A stretch of 59,813 nt of DNA from a virus (IMGVR_UViG_3300025113_000005:1-59813), one strand, 5' to 3'. Shown: positions 48,772 to 56,834, counted from the first letter of the stretch. Notes: generated by a model not told the origin, from the sequence alone. Program-made: numbers and translations.

Positions 48772-48925
48772 TCCAAGGAGCCAGGCTGGCGACAGCTCTC
48801 GCTGCAGGCTTGGCGTCACACTAAGCACCCTACCTTTTCAGGGGTATCATGCAGCTTTGAACGCTGACCTTAAGGTTCGCGAACCGTTGGTCAGTCAGAT
48901 CAGGGCGCCGGCCCCTTGGAGAAGC
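48768..48925 (-). ncRNA. unknown structured ncRNA
   Basis: terminal CTTCTCCAAGGGGCC/GGCTCCTTGGAGAAG helix enclosing several hairpins. Confidence 0.55.
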
Positions 48926-48928
48926 GGT

Positions 48929-48996
48929 GAGGACAGCAAAGGAGGCGCAAGACGGAGTTCAGAATGATTGATAACCGTCTTGCTACGGCTGTCGTC
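48929..48996 (-). ncRNA. short Y RNA-like ncRNA
   Basis: GACAGC-CGTA-GCAAGACGG-TTATC..CCGTCTTGC-GCCTCCTTT-GCTGTC; TAAATA at 49001-49006. Confidence 0.6.
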
Positions 48997-49003
48997 GTTC
49001 TAT

Positions 49004-49273
49004 TTATTTCAGAGCTACGGCCTCCTCAGCCAGTACCTCAGAACGGTCAGCGGCCGCAAACAGATCGCTTGCAAACCCTGGACACTTCTTTGAGATTGAG
49101 TAGGCGTACGCTCGTACATCCGCGACGGACATGCTGTCCTCGGGTCGTACAGGGTCATCGCGAACAATTGACACAGCGGCATCACCGATAGCACGAAGCT
49201 TGTCAGCGAGCCAAACGAAGGCGCTGGCGGCCCAAGCGGCCCCACGCGGGATCTTTAGTTCCTCGTAGTCCAT
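49004..49273 (-). CDS. hypothetical protein
   Basis: AGGA RBS. Confidence 0.5.
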   Translation of the reverse strand: MDYEELKIPRGAAWAASAFVWLADKLRAIGDAAVSIVRDDPVRPEDSMSVADVRAYAYSISKKCPGFASDLFAAADRSEVLAEEAVALK

Positions 49274-49275
49274 GA

Positions 49276-49539
49276 TCAGTCCTTCTTGAGGACGAAGGCA
49301 TAGAGCTCTCCGGCTTTCTTGGTGACCTCATCGATCGTGTAGGCCTTCGGTACCAGGCGCTGCCATTCCTCGAGGGTGGCCTTGTTCGACGCGACAAGGG
49401 CGTCGAACGCGCGGGCGGCGAAGTCCTGCTGGGTGTGGTAGAGGGTCTCGAGGTGCTCCTTGGCCATCTGAAGCAGCTCAAGGCGGATCTCGTAGGGGGT
49501 CTTGCCCGAATAGGGCTTGATAGGTTGGGGGTGTGCCAT
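49276..49539 (-). CDS. conserved-type phage hypothetical protein
   Basis: TPYEIRLELLQMAK; GGAGG RBS; TAAATA at 49591-49596. Confidence 0.7.
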   Translation of the reverse strand: MAHPQPIKPYSGKTPYEIRLELLQMAKEHLETLYHTQQDFAARAFDALVASNKATLEEWQRLVPKAYTIDEVTKKAGELYAFVLKKD

Positions 49540-49593
49540 GTTGGCCTCCTGTGTGTGTTTCGGTGATCAAGGCTCACCGTGTGCCTGAAGTAT

Positions 49594-50028
49594 TTATGTC
49601 CCGACCAGGACAACCACGAACGTGTCACGGTCCAGCTGGTTATCAGCCCACATTCGGGACAGCAGCGCGTAGAATTTGTTCTGTGTTTCAGTTAGAAGAT
49701 CAAGGCCTTCATCTACGAGGGCCAGCGTGATTGGTGTCTTCACGATGACGCTCTGGATAAGCCGATTGTCGAGCGCTGTCAGCTCGATAACCTCTAGCGC
49801 GTGTATGCGCTCAATTTGTCGAGCTAGCGGCGAGGTAGGAGCAAAGAAGATCGCGGGCTCAGAGCGCGCGAGGGCTACAAGTGCGGTGGTCTTGCCAAGC
49901 TGCCGTGGTATCCCGAGACGCACTGTACGAAACTCACGAATGAAGGTGCCAGGGTCCATCACCGACGGTGCGGTGTCGGGACGGCGTGCCAGCTTAATGA
50001 GCTGCTTCAGCAGGATGTCAACGACCAT
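49594..50028 (-). CDS. small P-loop NTPase-like protein
   Basis: PRQLGKTT and LVDE; AAAGGA RBS. Confidence 0.6.
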   Translation of the reverse strand: MVVDILLKQLIKLARRPDTAPSVMDPGTFIREFRTVRLGIPRQLGKTTALVALARSEPAIFFAPTSPLARQIERIHALEVIELTALDNRLIQSVIVKTPITLALVDEGLDLLTETQNKFYALLSRMWADNQLDRDTFVVVLVGT

Positions 50029-50038
50029 GGGTGTCCTT

Positions 50039-50130
50039 TGGTGGTAGCGGTGGGATTCGAACCCACGGGCCCCTTTCGGGACCTTCACCTTTCCAGGGTG
50101 AAACGATAAGCCGGACTCTGACACGCTACC
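50039..50130 (-). tRNA. tRNA-Ser(GGA)
   Basis: cloverleaf, loop CTGGAAA, long variable arm, CCA. Confidence 0.9.
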
Positions 50131-50181
50131 AATGGTTCATTCTAACACGCTGGATGGGCAGCGCGTCAGTGAAAGAAGATT

Positions 50182-50531
50182 CAAGGCCCCGTAGCCGGGT
50201 TTCTGTTCTATCCCATCATCCATCTACGGCCGAAGCCGTCCTCGCCAGGTTTCAACCTGGGTCATAGGTGCCACAACCCGTTCTCTCGGCGAGCAGCGTC
50301 AACGAGAACTGTTTGTGTTGCTGCGGAATCGTTGTCGTACGAGCGAGAAGGCCGGGTGATAGGACCGGTCGTCGTATTCAGCTGGACGGTGGGTCTTGCG
50401 ACCTGGTCAGGCTACCGTGTCAGCCTATTCACCCCTTGCGGGCTTCTCTCCGACAGAGCGATGAGCCCTGCTCTGTGCAGTCCCGAACTTCCTCGAACCG
50501 AACTAGGTTCGTACCACACGGACGGGCTTCA
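50182..50531 (-). ncRNA. rnpB: RNase P RNA
   Basis: GAGGAAGTTCGGGACTGCACAG near 5' end; AGATGGATGAT and ACAGAAACCCGGCTAC near 3' end; P4 (with bulged U) and P1 can pair; about 350 nt. Confidence 0.82.
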
Positions 50532-50613
50532 GCGACTTGTGGTCTCTGCCCGAGGCTCAGTACGATTATCGTTGACACCTAGCCGGCCCGCGATGGGTCG
50601 GACCTTGAATTCG

Positions 50614-50790
50614 TTAGATGTTGAGGTACGACATCAAACCAAACGCCTTGAGCAGCCACACTATGACAGCGATGACTACCACGATGTTCAGGATGTTCTT
50701 GATCTTGGCGTCCATCGGGATGTACGCGTTGACAGCCCAAAGAATGACGCCGACCACAACGAGCGTGATGATGAGGGAAATGAGGGACAT
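50614..50790 (-). CDS. 58-aa two-TM membrane protein (not in ORF track)
   Basis: MSLISLIITLVVVGVILWAVNAYIPMDAKIKNILNIVVVIAVIVWLLKAFGL; AGGAG RBS. Confidence 0.75.
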   Translation of the reverse strand: MSLISLIITLVVVGVILWAVNAYIPMDAKIKNILNIVVVIAVIVWLLKAFGLMSYLNI

Positions 50791-50834
50791 GGTGTTCTCC
50801 TGTTAGGTTGATACCCGGTCGATGTTCGACCAAA

Positions 50835-50920
50835 GGAGGAGGTAATGGGTTGGAACCCATGGACCCGTCTTTCAACAGGTCTCCGGCTTAGCAAACCGGC
50901 ACCAACAGCCTCTCTTGCTT
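50835..50920 (-). pseudogene. degenerate tRNA-Ser(GCT)
   Basis: anticodon arm CCGGT-TTGCTAA-GCCGG plus variable and T arms; acceptor stem does not pair. Confidence 0.55.
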
Positions 50921-50931
50921 TTCTATTTAGC

Positions 50932-51008
50932 TGGTACCCCCGGAAGGATTCGGACCTTCAACCACTCCCTTTTGAGAAGAGCCGCACTGCCAATTAGCGT
51001 ACGGGGGC
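50932..51008 (-). tRNA. tRNA-Leu(CAA), short variable loop
   Basis: loop CTCAAAA; CCA. Confidence 0.85.
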
Positions 51009-51017
51009 CTAGATTTG

Positions 51018-51107
51018 TGGAGGAAGGTAAGGGAATCGAACTCTCCCCGATTCATCACCGAGGGCCCAGCTTTCGAAACTGGTTACGCGCCATGCGTGCT
51101 ACCTTCC
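51018..51107 (-). tRNA. tRNA-Ser(CGA), probable 8/4 fold
   Basis: GGAAGGTA/TACCTTCC 8-bp acceptor; loop TTCGAAA. Confidence 0.8.
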
Positions 51108-51237
51108 AGAATTCTTGAGCTGCTCCACCCTTCCTAGGGGCTTTGCTACGGTGGCTCACACCGGTCCATTGATTACAGTGTGGATAGGACTGAACCAGCA
51201 CAGGGGTTCTTCACTGAGCCCTGCCCTCCGACTTGCT

Positions 51238-51687
51238 TTAACGAGATAAGCTGCTCGAGGATCGTAGTTCGTTGCGCACCTGCATTAAGATCTTGCCGAG
51301 GTGGTTGTCGCCAACTCCGTTGCAGACTCCCCAGTAGATGTCGTTCCACGAGTTTGTTTCTTCTAGGTAGAGGTCCTTAGTTTCAAGGAGCCACTGCCTG
51401 AGTGGATCAGCCGCGAACTTCTGTCGGGTGAGGTCCAGCATGACCTCAAACTTGCGTCCTTCATGCCAGCCGGGTGGAGCTTGCAGCTCGTGAGAGAGCC
51501 TCTTGGCCTCTCGACCGGTCTTGAGGCTGGCAAAGAGGCGTCGAATGCTGAGGTCATCGGTCTTCGCGGCCTGGTAGGCGGCCTCAGTTGTGTGGTACTT
51601 GAGACCATCTAGCACCACCTCAACAAGGTGGAAGTTACTGAGGAAGCGAAAGGGGCCAAAGAACCCGTAGATGCCGGGCGGCTTCAC
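51238..51687 (-). CDS. NADAR (YbiA-like) family protein
   Basis: FLSNF, EAAYQAAK, KF, L.E..WND.YWG..G.NHLGKILM.VR. Confidence 0.9.
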   Translation of the reverse strand: MKPPGIYGFFGPFRFLSNFHLVEVVLDGLKYHTTEAAYQAAKTDDLSIRRLFASLKTGREAKRLSHELQAPPGWHEGRKFEVMLDLTRQKFAADPLRQWLLETKDLYLEETNSWNDIYWGVCNGVGDNHLGKILMQVRNELRSSSSLSR

Positions 51688-51875
51688 GGGCAGGAAGCAC
51701 CGTAGCGAAGGGCGTTGAGCACCTGCTGCGGTGTCTGTTGAATCTTGAGAAGCTCCTCCTCAGTCAGCGTCGGAACCTCAGCTGGTTTCACGGGTGCGAC
51801 GATCCTTTTCTGGAGAATCGTTGAGATCTCGCTGTAGCGAAGAGGTTCGCGGGCAGTGGTGGAGTTGTTGCGCAT
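51684..51875 (-). CDS. small hypothetical protein
   Basis: overlaps the NADAR start. Confidence 0.45.
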   Translation of the reverse strand: MRNNSTTAREPLRYSEISTILQKRIVAPVKPAEVPTLTEEELLKIQQTPQQVLNALRYGASCP

Positions 51876-51891
51876 GGCACTCTTTCAAAGG

Positions 51892-51967
51892 TGGCTCCCC
51901 AGGCTGGGCTCGAACCAACGACCTACGGATTAACAGTCCGACGCTCTACCGACTGAGCTACTGGGGA
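51892..51967 (-). tRNA. tRNA-Asn(GTT)
   Basis: canonical cloverleaf, CCA. Confidence 0.92.
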
Positions 51968-51972
51968 AGGGA

Positions 51973-52194
51973 TCAGGTACGGGCTTCAATTACATCGGTA
52001 AGGACCTTCAGCCACTGAGTGGCGTGCATGTCGATCAGGTAGCTAAGCTCCTCAACGTCATCGCCGGTCCGCTCATGGGCCAGGGTACGCAGCATTGAGC
52101 GTACCAGCTCTGGCTTCGGGTGGGCGTAGACCATCGCCTTCACGACCATGTGAAGGACAGCGTACTGTGCTGCGAAGTCTTTCTGGTTATCCAT
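51973..52194 (-). CDS. small hypothetical protein
   Basis: ORF fills the gap between two tRNAs. Confidence 0.5.
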   Translation of the reverse strand: MDNQKDFAAQYAVLHMVVKAMVYAHPKPELVRSMLRTLAHERTGDDVEELSYLIDMHATQWLKVLTDVIEART

Positions 52195-52197
52195 ATG

Positions 52198-52282
52198 TGG
52201 TGCGCCCGGTCGGATTCGAACCGACACGCCTTTCGGCACTGGCTTCTAAGGCCAGCGTGACTGCCAATTCCACCACGGGCGC
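52198..52282 (-). tRNA. tRNA-Leu(TAG)
   Basis: loop CTTAGAA (A37); long variable arm. Confidence 0.9.
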
Positions 52283-52287
52283 GTTGT

Positions 52288-52923
52288 CTATTGTACCTGT
52301 GTCACACATCTCAGGTTGGACCTGCCGATGTCATTGACGTTTCCTAACCAGTTGATGTTCACGTTCACGTTGTCAGTTCGAAACCCAGGATTGCCGATGA
52401 ACGGCACATCCACTGTTCCCATCCATTTGATGGCGCCGTTCACTCTGACCACCAGCAGAGGGTCGTCGTATGTTGCTTCGAACCAGTAGCGCGCGCCGTT
52501 TACCAGCGGCGCGACAGTTCGTGAGAGCGTGGGGGTCTGCTTGATGTAGCCTTTTGCACCGCACTGCTTGCTGGTCATCAGCAGCGGGTTGCTCTTGACG
52601 CTGACGCCGAGTTCACCACCGACCGAGGGCCACATGATGTACATCGCGTTGCAGTCATCTCGAACGTGAAGGCGAAGACCGAGCTGTCGAAGAATGGCTC
52701 CTGAGGCGGCTGGCACCTCACCTGAGTTTCCTTGAAAGGTGAAGATCACCCCAGCGTAGTCACCTCGTTCGTCCTGCCACACCAGACGCGTGATAGGATC
52801 ATTGATCTTGATGAGGGGGTACTCTGAAATTGGCGAGCCTGATGTAACACAGGCAGCGGTTGCAGCAGCTCCACCTAGCGCTGTTGCCAGCGCAGCTAGA
52901 ACCTTCTTGATACGAAGCTTCAT
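52288..52923 (-). CDS. secreted beta-rich hypothetical protein
   Basis: MKLRIKKVLAALATALGG signal. Confidence 0.6.
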   Translation of the reverse strand: MKLRIKKVLAALATALGGAAATAACVTSGSPISEYPLIKINDPITRLVWQDERGDYAGVIFTFQGNSGEVPAASGAILRQLGLRLHVRDDCNAMYIMWPSVGGELGVSVKSNPLLMTSKQCGAKGYIKQTPTLSRTVAPLVNGARYWFEATYDDPLLVVRVNGAIKWMGTVDVPFIGNPGFRTDNVNVNINWLGNVNDIGRSNLRCVTQVQ

Positions 52924-52949
52924 TTTGTCTAACGTTTGTTGTACCTGGC

Positions 52950-53089
52950 ACTTTCCACAGAGGCCGACAAGGGGCGGCGTCGGGCATTTGCCCACCTTAG
53001 CCATAAGGGCTGGACGAATCGAACGTCCTCGGTTCAGTTTCAAAGGTTGAAGATAACCAACATCCAGTCGGTCAGCTTCTGTGGAAAGT
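52950..53089 (-). ncRNA. Y RNA (YrlA)-like ncRNA
   Basis: CTTTCCACAGA/TCTGTGGAAAG outer helix, AC-CGAC, GGTTATC, T arm GGACG-TTCGATT-CGTCC. Confidence 0.65.
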
Positions 53090-53146
53090 ATCAGAGATCA
53101 TTGTAACATCGAGTAGCGACGCAGTCGTTACTTTAGTGAGGTTGGA

Positions 53147-53222
53147 TGGGTGTCTTCGGCGGGTGCTGGACTCCGCATCCCACCCCTACAATGGAGTGAC
53201 TCTACCCTTAAGCTACGAAGAC
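53147..53222 (-). pseudogene. degenerate tRNA-like gene, anticodon ambiguous
   Basis: GTCTTCG/CGAAGAC acceptor and D arm present; aberrant anticodon and T loops. Confidence 0.5.
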
Positions 53223-53232
53223 CATCGAAACT

Positions 53233-53317
53233 TGGAGCTGGTGGCAGGATTCGAACCTGCGTGGGGTTGCCCCGGCTGCTTACAAAACAGCTGCAATCGC
53301 CGCTATGCGACACCAGC
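53233..53317 (-). tRNA. tRNA-Thr(TGT) with long variable arm
   Basis: loop TTTGTAA; GGGG-CAA-CCCC variable stem. Confidence 0.85.
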
Positions 53318-53322
53318 ATGGT

Positions 53323-53397
53323 TGGCCCCCGCTGTCGGATTCGAACCGACGACCCGACGTTTTAGAGGCATCCGCTCTACCACTGAGCTAAGCAGGG
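53323..53397 (-). tRNA. amber suppressor tRNA(CTA)
   Basis: canonical D and T arms; loop CTCTAAA; G73-CCA. Confidence 0.8.
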
Positions 53398-53405
53398 AAA
53401 TTCAA

Positions 53406-53477
53406 TGGAGCCCCCGGCAGGACTCGAACCTGCAGTAGGTCGCTTAGAAGGCGTCCGTCCGCTCCTTCGGCGGGGGC
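53406..53477 (-). tRNA. tRNA-Arg(TCT), aberrant D arm
   Basis: loop CTTCTAA; good acceptor and T arms. Confidence 0.7.
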
Positions 53478-53482
53478 GTGTT

Positions 53483-53559
53483 TGGTAGGCCGGGTGGGAC
53501 TCGAACCCACTGTCGACGGCTTATGAGGCCGCTGCCTATACCTGTTATGCTTCCGGCCC
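53483..53559 (-). tRNA. tRNA(CAT), likely Ile2
   Basis: loop CTCATAA; GGGCC acceptor; A73. Confidence 0.8.
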
Positions 53560-53565
53560 GGGATG

Positions 53566-53654
53566 TAGGACCGCAGGGATTCGAACCCTGATCGTGCGCT
53601 AATCTGGCGCTCATGGCTTATAAGGCCACCGCTCTACCGTTGAGCTACAGTCCC
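53566..53654 (-). tRNA. tRNA-Ile(TAT) with long variable arm, no encoded CCA
   Basis: loop CTTATAA; GCGC..GCGC variable stem. Confidence 0.8.
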
Positions 53655-53683
53655 GTGGACTGAGCTCGATATTCGAGATGTAT

Positions 53684-54343
53684 TCATGTCAGTTTCCTTC
53701 CTAGTTTCCACCCATTTTCAAAATAGGTGGTCATTTGTTGTATCAAAACGGGTTTGGATACAATTCCGTTTGTCATCCATCTTTTCCCGTTCATTGAATT
53801 TTTGACGCCTTGCTGATGGCCAATCCTAGCAAATGTGTTCTTTCGTCTGGCAATGCTGTCAACTGAACGGGCGGTTGCAACACCCAATTTTCTACCGCAG
53901 TCCAGATTGCGCTTGGTTGCTTGCAGGGCTACTGATGGGTTCAACCACTGTCGCTTCCGCATTGCAGACAGGTTGTCACGCATTTTTTCAAGTGCTGCAG
54001 CCTGTCCTTTACGATGAAAGTCATTGACCTTGTTTTTCTCTGCTAGAAAACCTCCGCCATCACCGCCGTATTTCAGGTTGATGTTGAGCGGATCAGCAAG
54101 CAACTGTTCATTGACTATCTCTGTTTCACGGAGCTTCAACGCTTCACGTGTCGGCAGCAACTCAAGTATCTCGCGTTTGTGGTTCTCATCACCATGCTTT
54201 CGGCGCGAGTAACCAAGAATCTTTCCACTCCCGAGATAACCGTCATCAAGGTCATCAGTTGAATGCATTCCTACGTAGAACTTGCCGGTCACTAGACAGG
54301 TAGTTCGGTAGATGTAGTGGTAAAGCTTCTGTCGTCTTGGCAT
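53684..54343 (-). mobile_element. GIY-YIG (Seg-like) homing endonuclease
   Basis: YIYRTT..FYVGMHST..DDGYLGSG..E..N; visibly AT-richer than flanks. Confidence 0.85.
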
Positions 54344-54391
54344 ACTGTTCTCTTCTGTCTATTTACAGGCTTCAGGAACAATACAACCTCA

Positions 54392-54469
54392 TGTTGCGGA
54401 ACCGAGGAATCGCACCTCGCTTCATCGTGGCTTATGAGACCTCGCCCGACAACTAGCCGGCCGCCCGCG
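54392..54469 (-). tRNA. degenerate initiator-like tRNA(CAT)
   Basis: C1/A72 mismatch; loop CTCATAA; imperfect stems. Confidence 0.55.
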
Positions 54470-54484
54470 TCTGTTACGTATTTA

Positions 54485-54569
54485 TGGTGCCCGAGGTGGG
54501 ACTCGAACCCACACTCCCGAAGGAAGGAGGGTTTAAGCCTCCTGCGACTACCTCTTCCGCCACCCGGGC
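54485..54569 (-). tRNA. tRNA-Leu(TAA)
   Basis: loop CTTAAAC; long variable arm. Confidence 0.9.
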
Positions 54570-54576
54570 AGGGTGT

Positions 54577-54651
<75 letters not shown>

Positions 54652-54655
54652 GTGA

Positions 54656-54889
54656 TTACTTCACGAAGTGCGGTTGCCCGTTCTTCGCCTTCCACTTCAG
54701 GTGAAGCCAGCCCTTTGGAATGTAGTGGCTGACGCCCTCCGCGTCGAACAGACGGTGACCGCCTGTGCTTATGGATAGCTGAAGTGGGCCGTCGATCTTC
54801 ACCTCGTCTCCACCTGGAAACCGGTAGACCCGGAATTCCTCACTGGAGATATCGATGAACTTGTTGGTTGAGTCATTTACAAACTGCAT
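54656..54889 (-). CDS. small hypothetical protein
   Basis: MQFVNDSTNKF..; AGGGG RBS. Confidence 0.65.
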   Translation of the reverse strand: MQFVNDSTNKFIDISSEEFRVYRFPGGDEVKIDGPLQLSISTGGHRLFDAEGVSHYIPKGWLHLKWKAKNGQPHFVK

Positions 54890-54970
54890 GGGATTTTCCC
54901 CTACATCGTTGTGCCCACATTGCCTCTTGCTGGAGGACCGGGGCTCGCGGCAAGATTGCCAGCGAAATTT

Positions 54971-55045
54971 TGGTGGAGGCCGGGGGAGTTGGACCCCTCT
55001 AGTCATGATCGCTGCCAGCGATCACCGCAGCCCGCTGCTGCCCCC
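54971..55045 (-). tRNA. non-canonical tRNA-Ala(GGC)-like RNA
   Basis: G3:U70 and A73-CCA; loop CTGGCAG; minimal D loop; T loop TCCAACT. Confidence 0.6.
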
Positions 55046-55051
55046 ATGTCT

Positions 55052-55127
55052 TGGTGGAAGTGATGGGACTCGAACCCACTACCTCAACAATGCCATTGTT
55101 GCGCTCTCCCAGCTGAGCTACACCCCC
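55052..55127 (-). tRNA. tRNA-Ala(GGC)
   Basis: canonical, G3:U70. Confidence 0.92.
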
Positions 55128-55132
55128 ATGAA

Positions 55133-55207
55133 TGGTCAGGGTACCTGGAGTTGAACCAGGACTGCTAGTCTCCCGAACTAACCGGCTGCCACACGCCTCC
55201 TACCCTG
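55133..55207 (-). tRNA. non-canonical tRNA-Pro(GGG)
   Basis: loop TCGGGAG (C33, A37); no U8. Confidence 0.75.
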
Positions 55208-55308
55208 TTGTGTTCTTAGACCGTCACGGCTTTCAGGTCCATCGCTTCCTTCATCACCCTGCAGTTTGGGTGCCGTCCGTACGACTTGCGGTCGTAGAAG
55301 CTAACGTT

Positions 55309-55393
55309 TGGTGCGCATGGTCGGAGTCGAACCGACACGCCTTTCGGCACTGAGCTCTCGACCCAGCAAGACTACCAATTCCATCACACGCGC
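55309..55393 (-). tRNA. tRNA-Leu(GAG), C33/A37 variant
   Basis: loop TCGAGAG. Confidence 0.85.
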
Positions 55394-55398
55394 AAAGC

Positions 55399-55483
55399 TG
55401 GTGCGGATAGTCGGAGTCGAACCGACACGCCTCGCGGCGCCGCCTTCTGAAGACGGTGGGTCTACCAATTCCCCCATACCCGC
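55399..55483 (-). tRNA. tRNA-Leu(CAG)
   Basis: loop TTCAGAA (A37). Confidence 0.9.
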
Positions 55484-55495
55484 ATGAAAACTAAG

Positions 55496-55579
55496 TCGAT
55501 CGGCTGGGATTCGAACCCGACGCAACGGCATCAGCTGCGCCATAACCAAACCCAGGTGCCCTAGGGACTGGCCGATCGA
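55496..55579 (-). ncRNA. tRNA-like ncRNA without a clear anticodon arm
   Basis: TCGATCGGC/GCCGATCGA helix, GGGTTCGAATCCC, long hairpin. Confidence 0.5.
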
Positions 55580-55588
55580 AGAAAATCA

Positions 55589-55730
55589 AAGCAACAAAGG
55601 AGCGACAACGGAGATGCCTTGCGGCTATACCAGTGCGTTTACCATTCCGCCACAACTAGGTTTCCCCAGAAGGTAGGACTCGAACCTACAGCGTGCCGGT
55701 TCCATGATAACCATCATCTATCGGTTGCTT
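55589..55730 (-). ncRNA. Y RNA (YrlA)-like ncRNA with permuted tRNA module
   Basis: AAGCAAC-CGA..GGTTATC; T arm, closed acceptor-like stem, D arm (GAATGGTAAA); CTCCTTT-GTTGCTT. Confidence 0.75.
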
Positions 55731-55736
55731 GTGTCT

Positions 55737-55815
55737 TGGTAGCGGGGGCAGGATTCGCACCTGCGATCTCCGGCTTATGAGGCCGGCGGGAACGACTGGG
55801 CTTCCCTACCCCGCA
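55737..55815 (-). tRNA. initiator-like tRNA-Met(CAT)
   Basis: 1:72 mismatch; loop CTCATAA; CCA. Confidence 0.8.
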
Positions 55816-55820
55816 TCAGA

Positions 55821-56045
55821 TTATTTGAAGAGGTCGAGCAGCTCAGCTGGTATCGTGTCCAGCTCAGCTACATCGCAGCCTTGTTTCAGATCGAAAGCGG
55901 ACTCCTGTAGGGAGCCTCTGCGCTCATGGCGAACTTCCTTCGCAGCACCGGTAAACGGGTGGTAGTCACTCGTTGGCGCGGAGTCGAAGCTGGTATCTAC
56001 CCAATCTCGAACGCTGGCTCGATCACCAGCAGCGCGTGCGTTCAT
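55821..56045 (-). CDS. small hypothetical protein
   Basis: AAGGAG RBS. Confidence 0.5.
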   Translation of the reverse strand: MNARAAGDRASVRDWVDTSFDSAPTSDYHPFTGAAKEVRHERRGSLQESAFDLKQGCDVAELDTIPAELLDLFK

Positions 56046-56258
56046 CAGGATCTCCTTACTACTTCAAAAAGGCAGTGCGGCAGGCTACAGTGATTGCTTC
56101 GCCATCTAGATCCCCGAAGAGAATTGAAGGGGTTAGGAGAGCAGGCTCTCCATAAGACGTGCTTCCGCCGCCTCCTATAGGTAACCAGCGGTCAACTTGA
56201 CCACTATTCAATTCTACTTCATTTTGAGCTGTTTGTACACCGTTAGTTGCAGGTTACA

Positions 56259-56834
56259 CTAGCGAACTATCGTTGCCCACCCTGAGATGATGTACTTTTC
56301 TTGGGTAGAAGATGGAACTCCGCGGTGGGTAAACATCCAGTCTGCACCCCAGATAAGCGTAAGCCCCTTCTCAGGTTGTATCTTTAGGTTCTGATGGAAG
56401 AACTCGGTCTGTCCGCCATCAGTTACATCGTTAAGGTAGGTCATGAACACCAGCAGCCGCCCGATGTTTCCGCTTCGAACTGACGTTCGCTCAGTGTGCC
56501 AGGCGTAGTAGCCATCAGTTGGGCGGTATTTCGAGACCTTCATCGGTTCGACTATTCCCCAGGTGCTGAACTTGGCGCAGTAGGGGTACTTCTGCTTGTA
56601 GAGCTCGAAGCACTGAAGAAGAGTGGGGGTGTAGGCCATGAAGGCCTCTGACCTAGGGTCAAGAGTGGTGTCAACGCTCTTCTTCACCTGTTCATTCACG
56701 ACGCCGTTAGCGATGTAACCAGGGTAGGTGGCTGCCTTAGAGTGGTACTCGATGATGTGATCGCACACGCTGAGATCGTCCATATACCAGCCAGCAACGA
56801 AGTTGTCTAGCTGATTGATGTCGTGTTCGCGCAT
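56259..56834 (-). CDS. 2OG-Fe(II) oxygenase (prolyl-hydroxylase-like)
   Basis: WHTE, FMTYLNDV..GG.TEF, THRG, KYIISGW; GGAGG RBS. Confidence 0.88.
   Translation of the reverse strand: MREHDINQLDNFVAGWYMDDLSVCDHIIEYHSKAATYPGYIANGVVNEQVKKSVDTTLDPRSEAFMAYTPTLLQCFELYKQKYPYCAKFSTWGIVEPMKVSKYRPTDGYYAWHTERTSVRSGNIGRLLVFMTYLNDVTDGGQTEFFHQNLKIQPEKGLTLIWGADWMFTHRGVPSSTQEKYIISGWATIVR

Noticed and set aside
48734-48925. tmRNA, suggested by CTCCACCA
   Set aside because: No preceding T arm, matching 5' end or tag reading frame; CTCCACCA lies inside a Y-like element
51110-51236. Additional ncRNA in an intergenic gap
   Set aside because: No convincing long helices or recognisable motif by eye
54895-54965. 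Possible HDV-like (theta) ribozyme 3' of the Ala-like tRNA
   Set aside because: Some pairings exist (GCTGG/CCAGC, TTGCC/GGCAA), but I could not build P3/L3/P1.1 or the catalytic C in the right order
55210-55300. Possible hammerhead ribozyme (TGATGA...GAAA)
   Set aside because: Core reads GUGAUGA rather than CUGAUGA and stem III mispairs; only generic hairpins are supported
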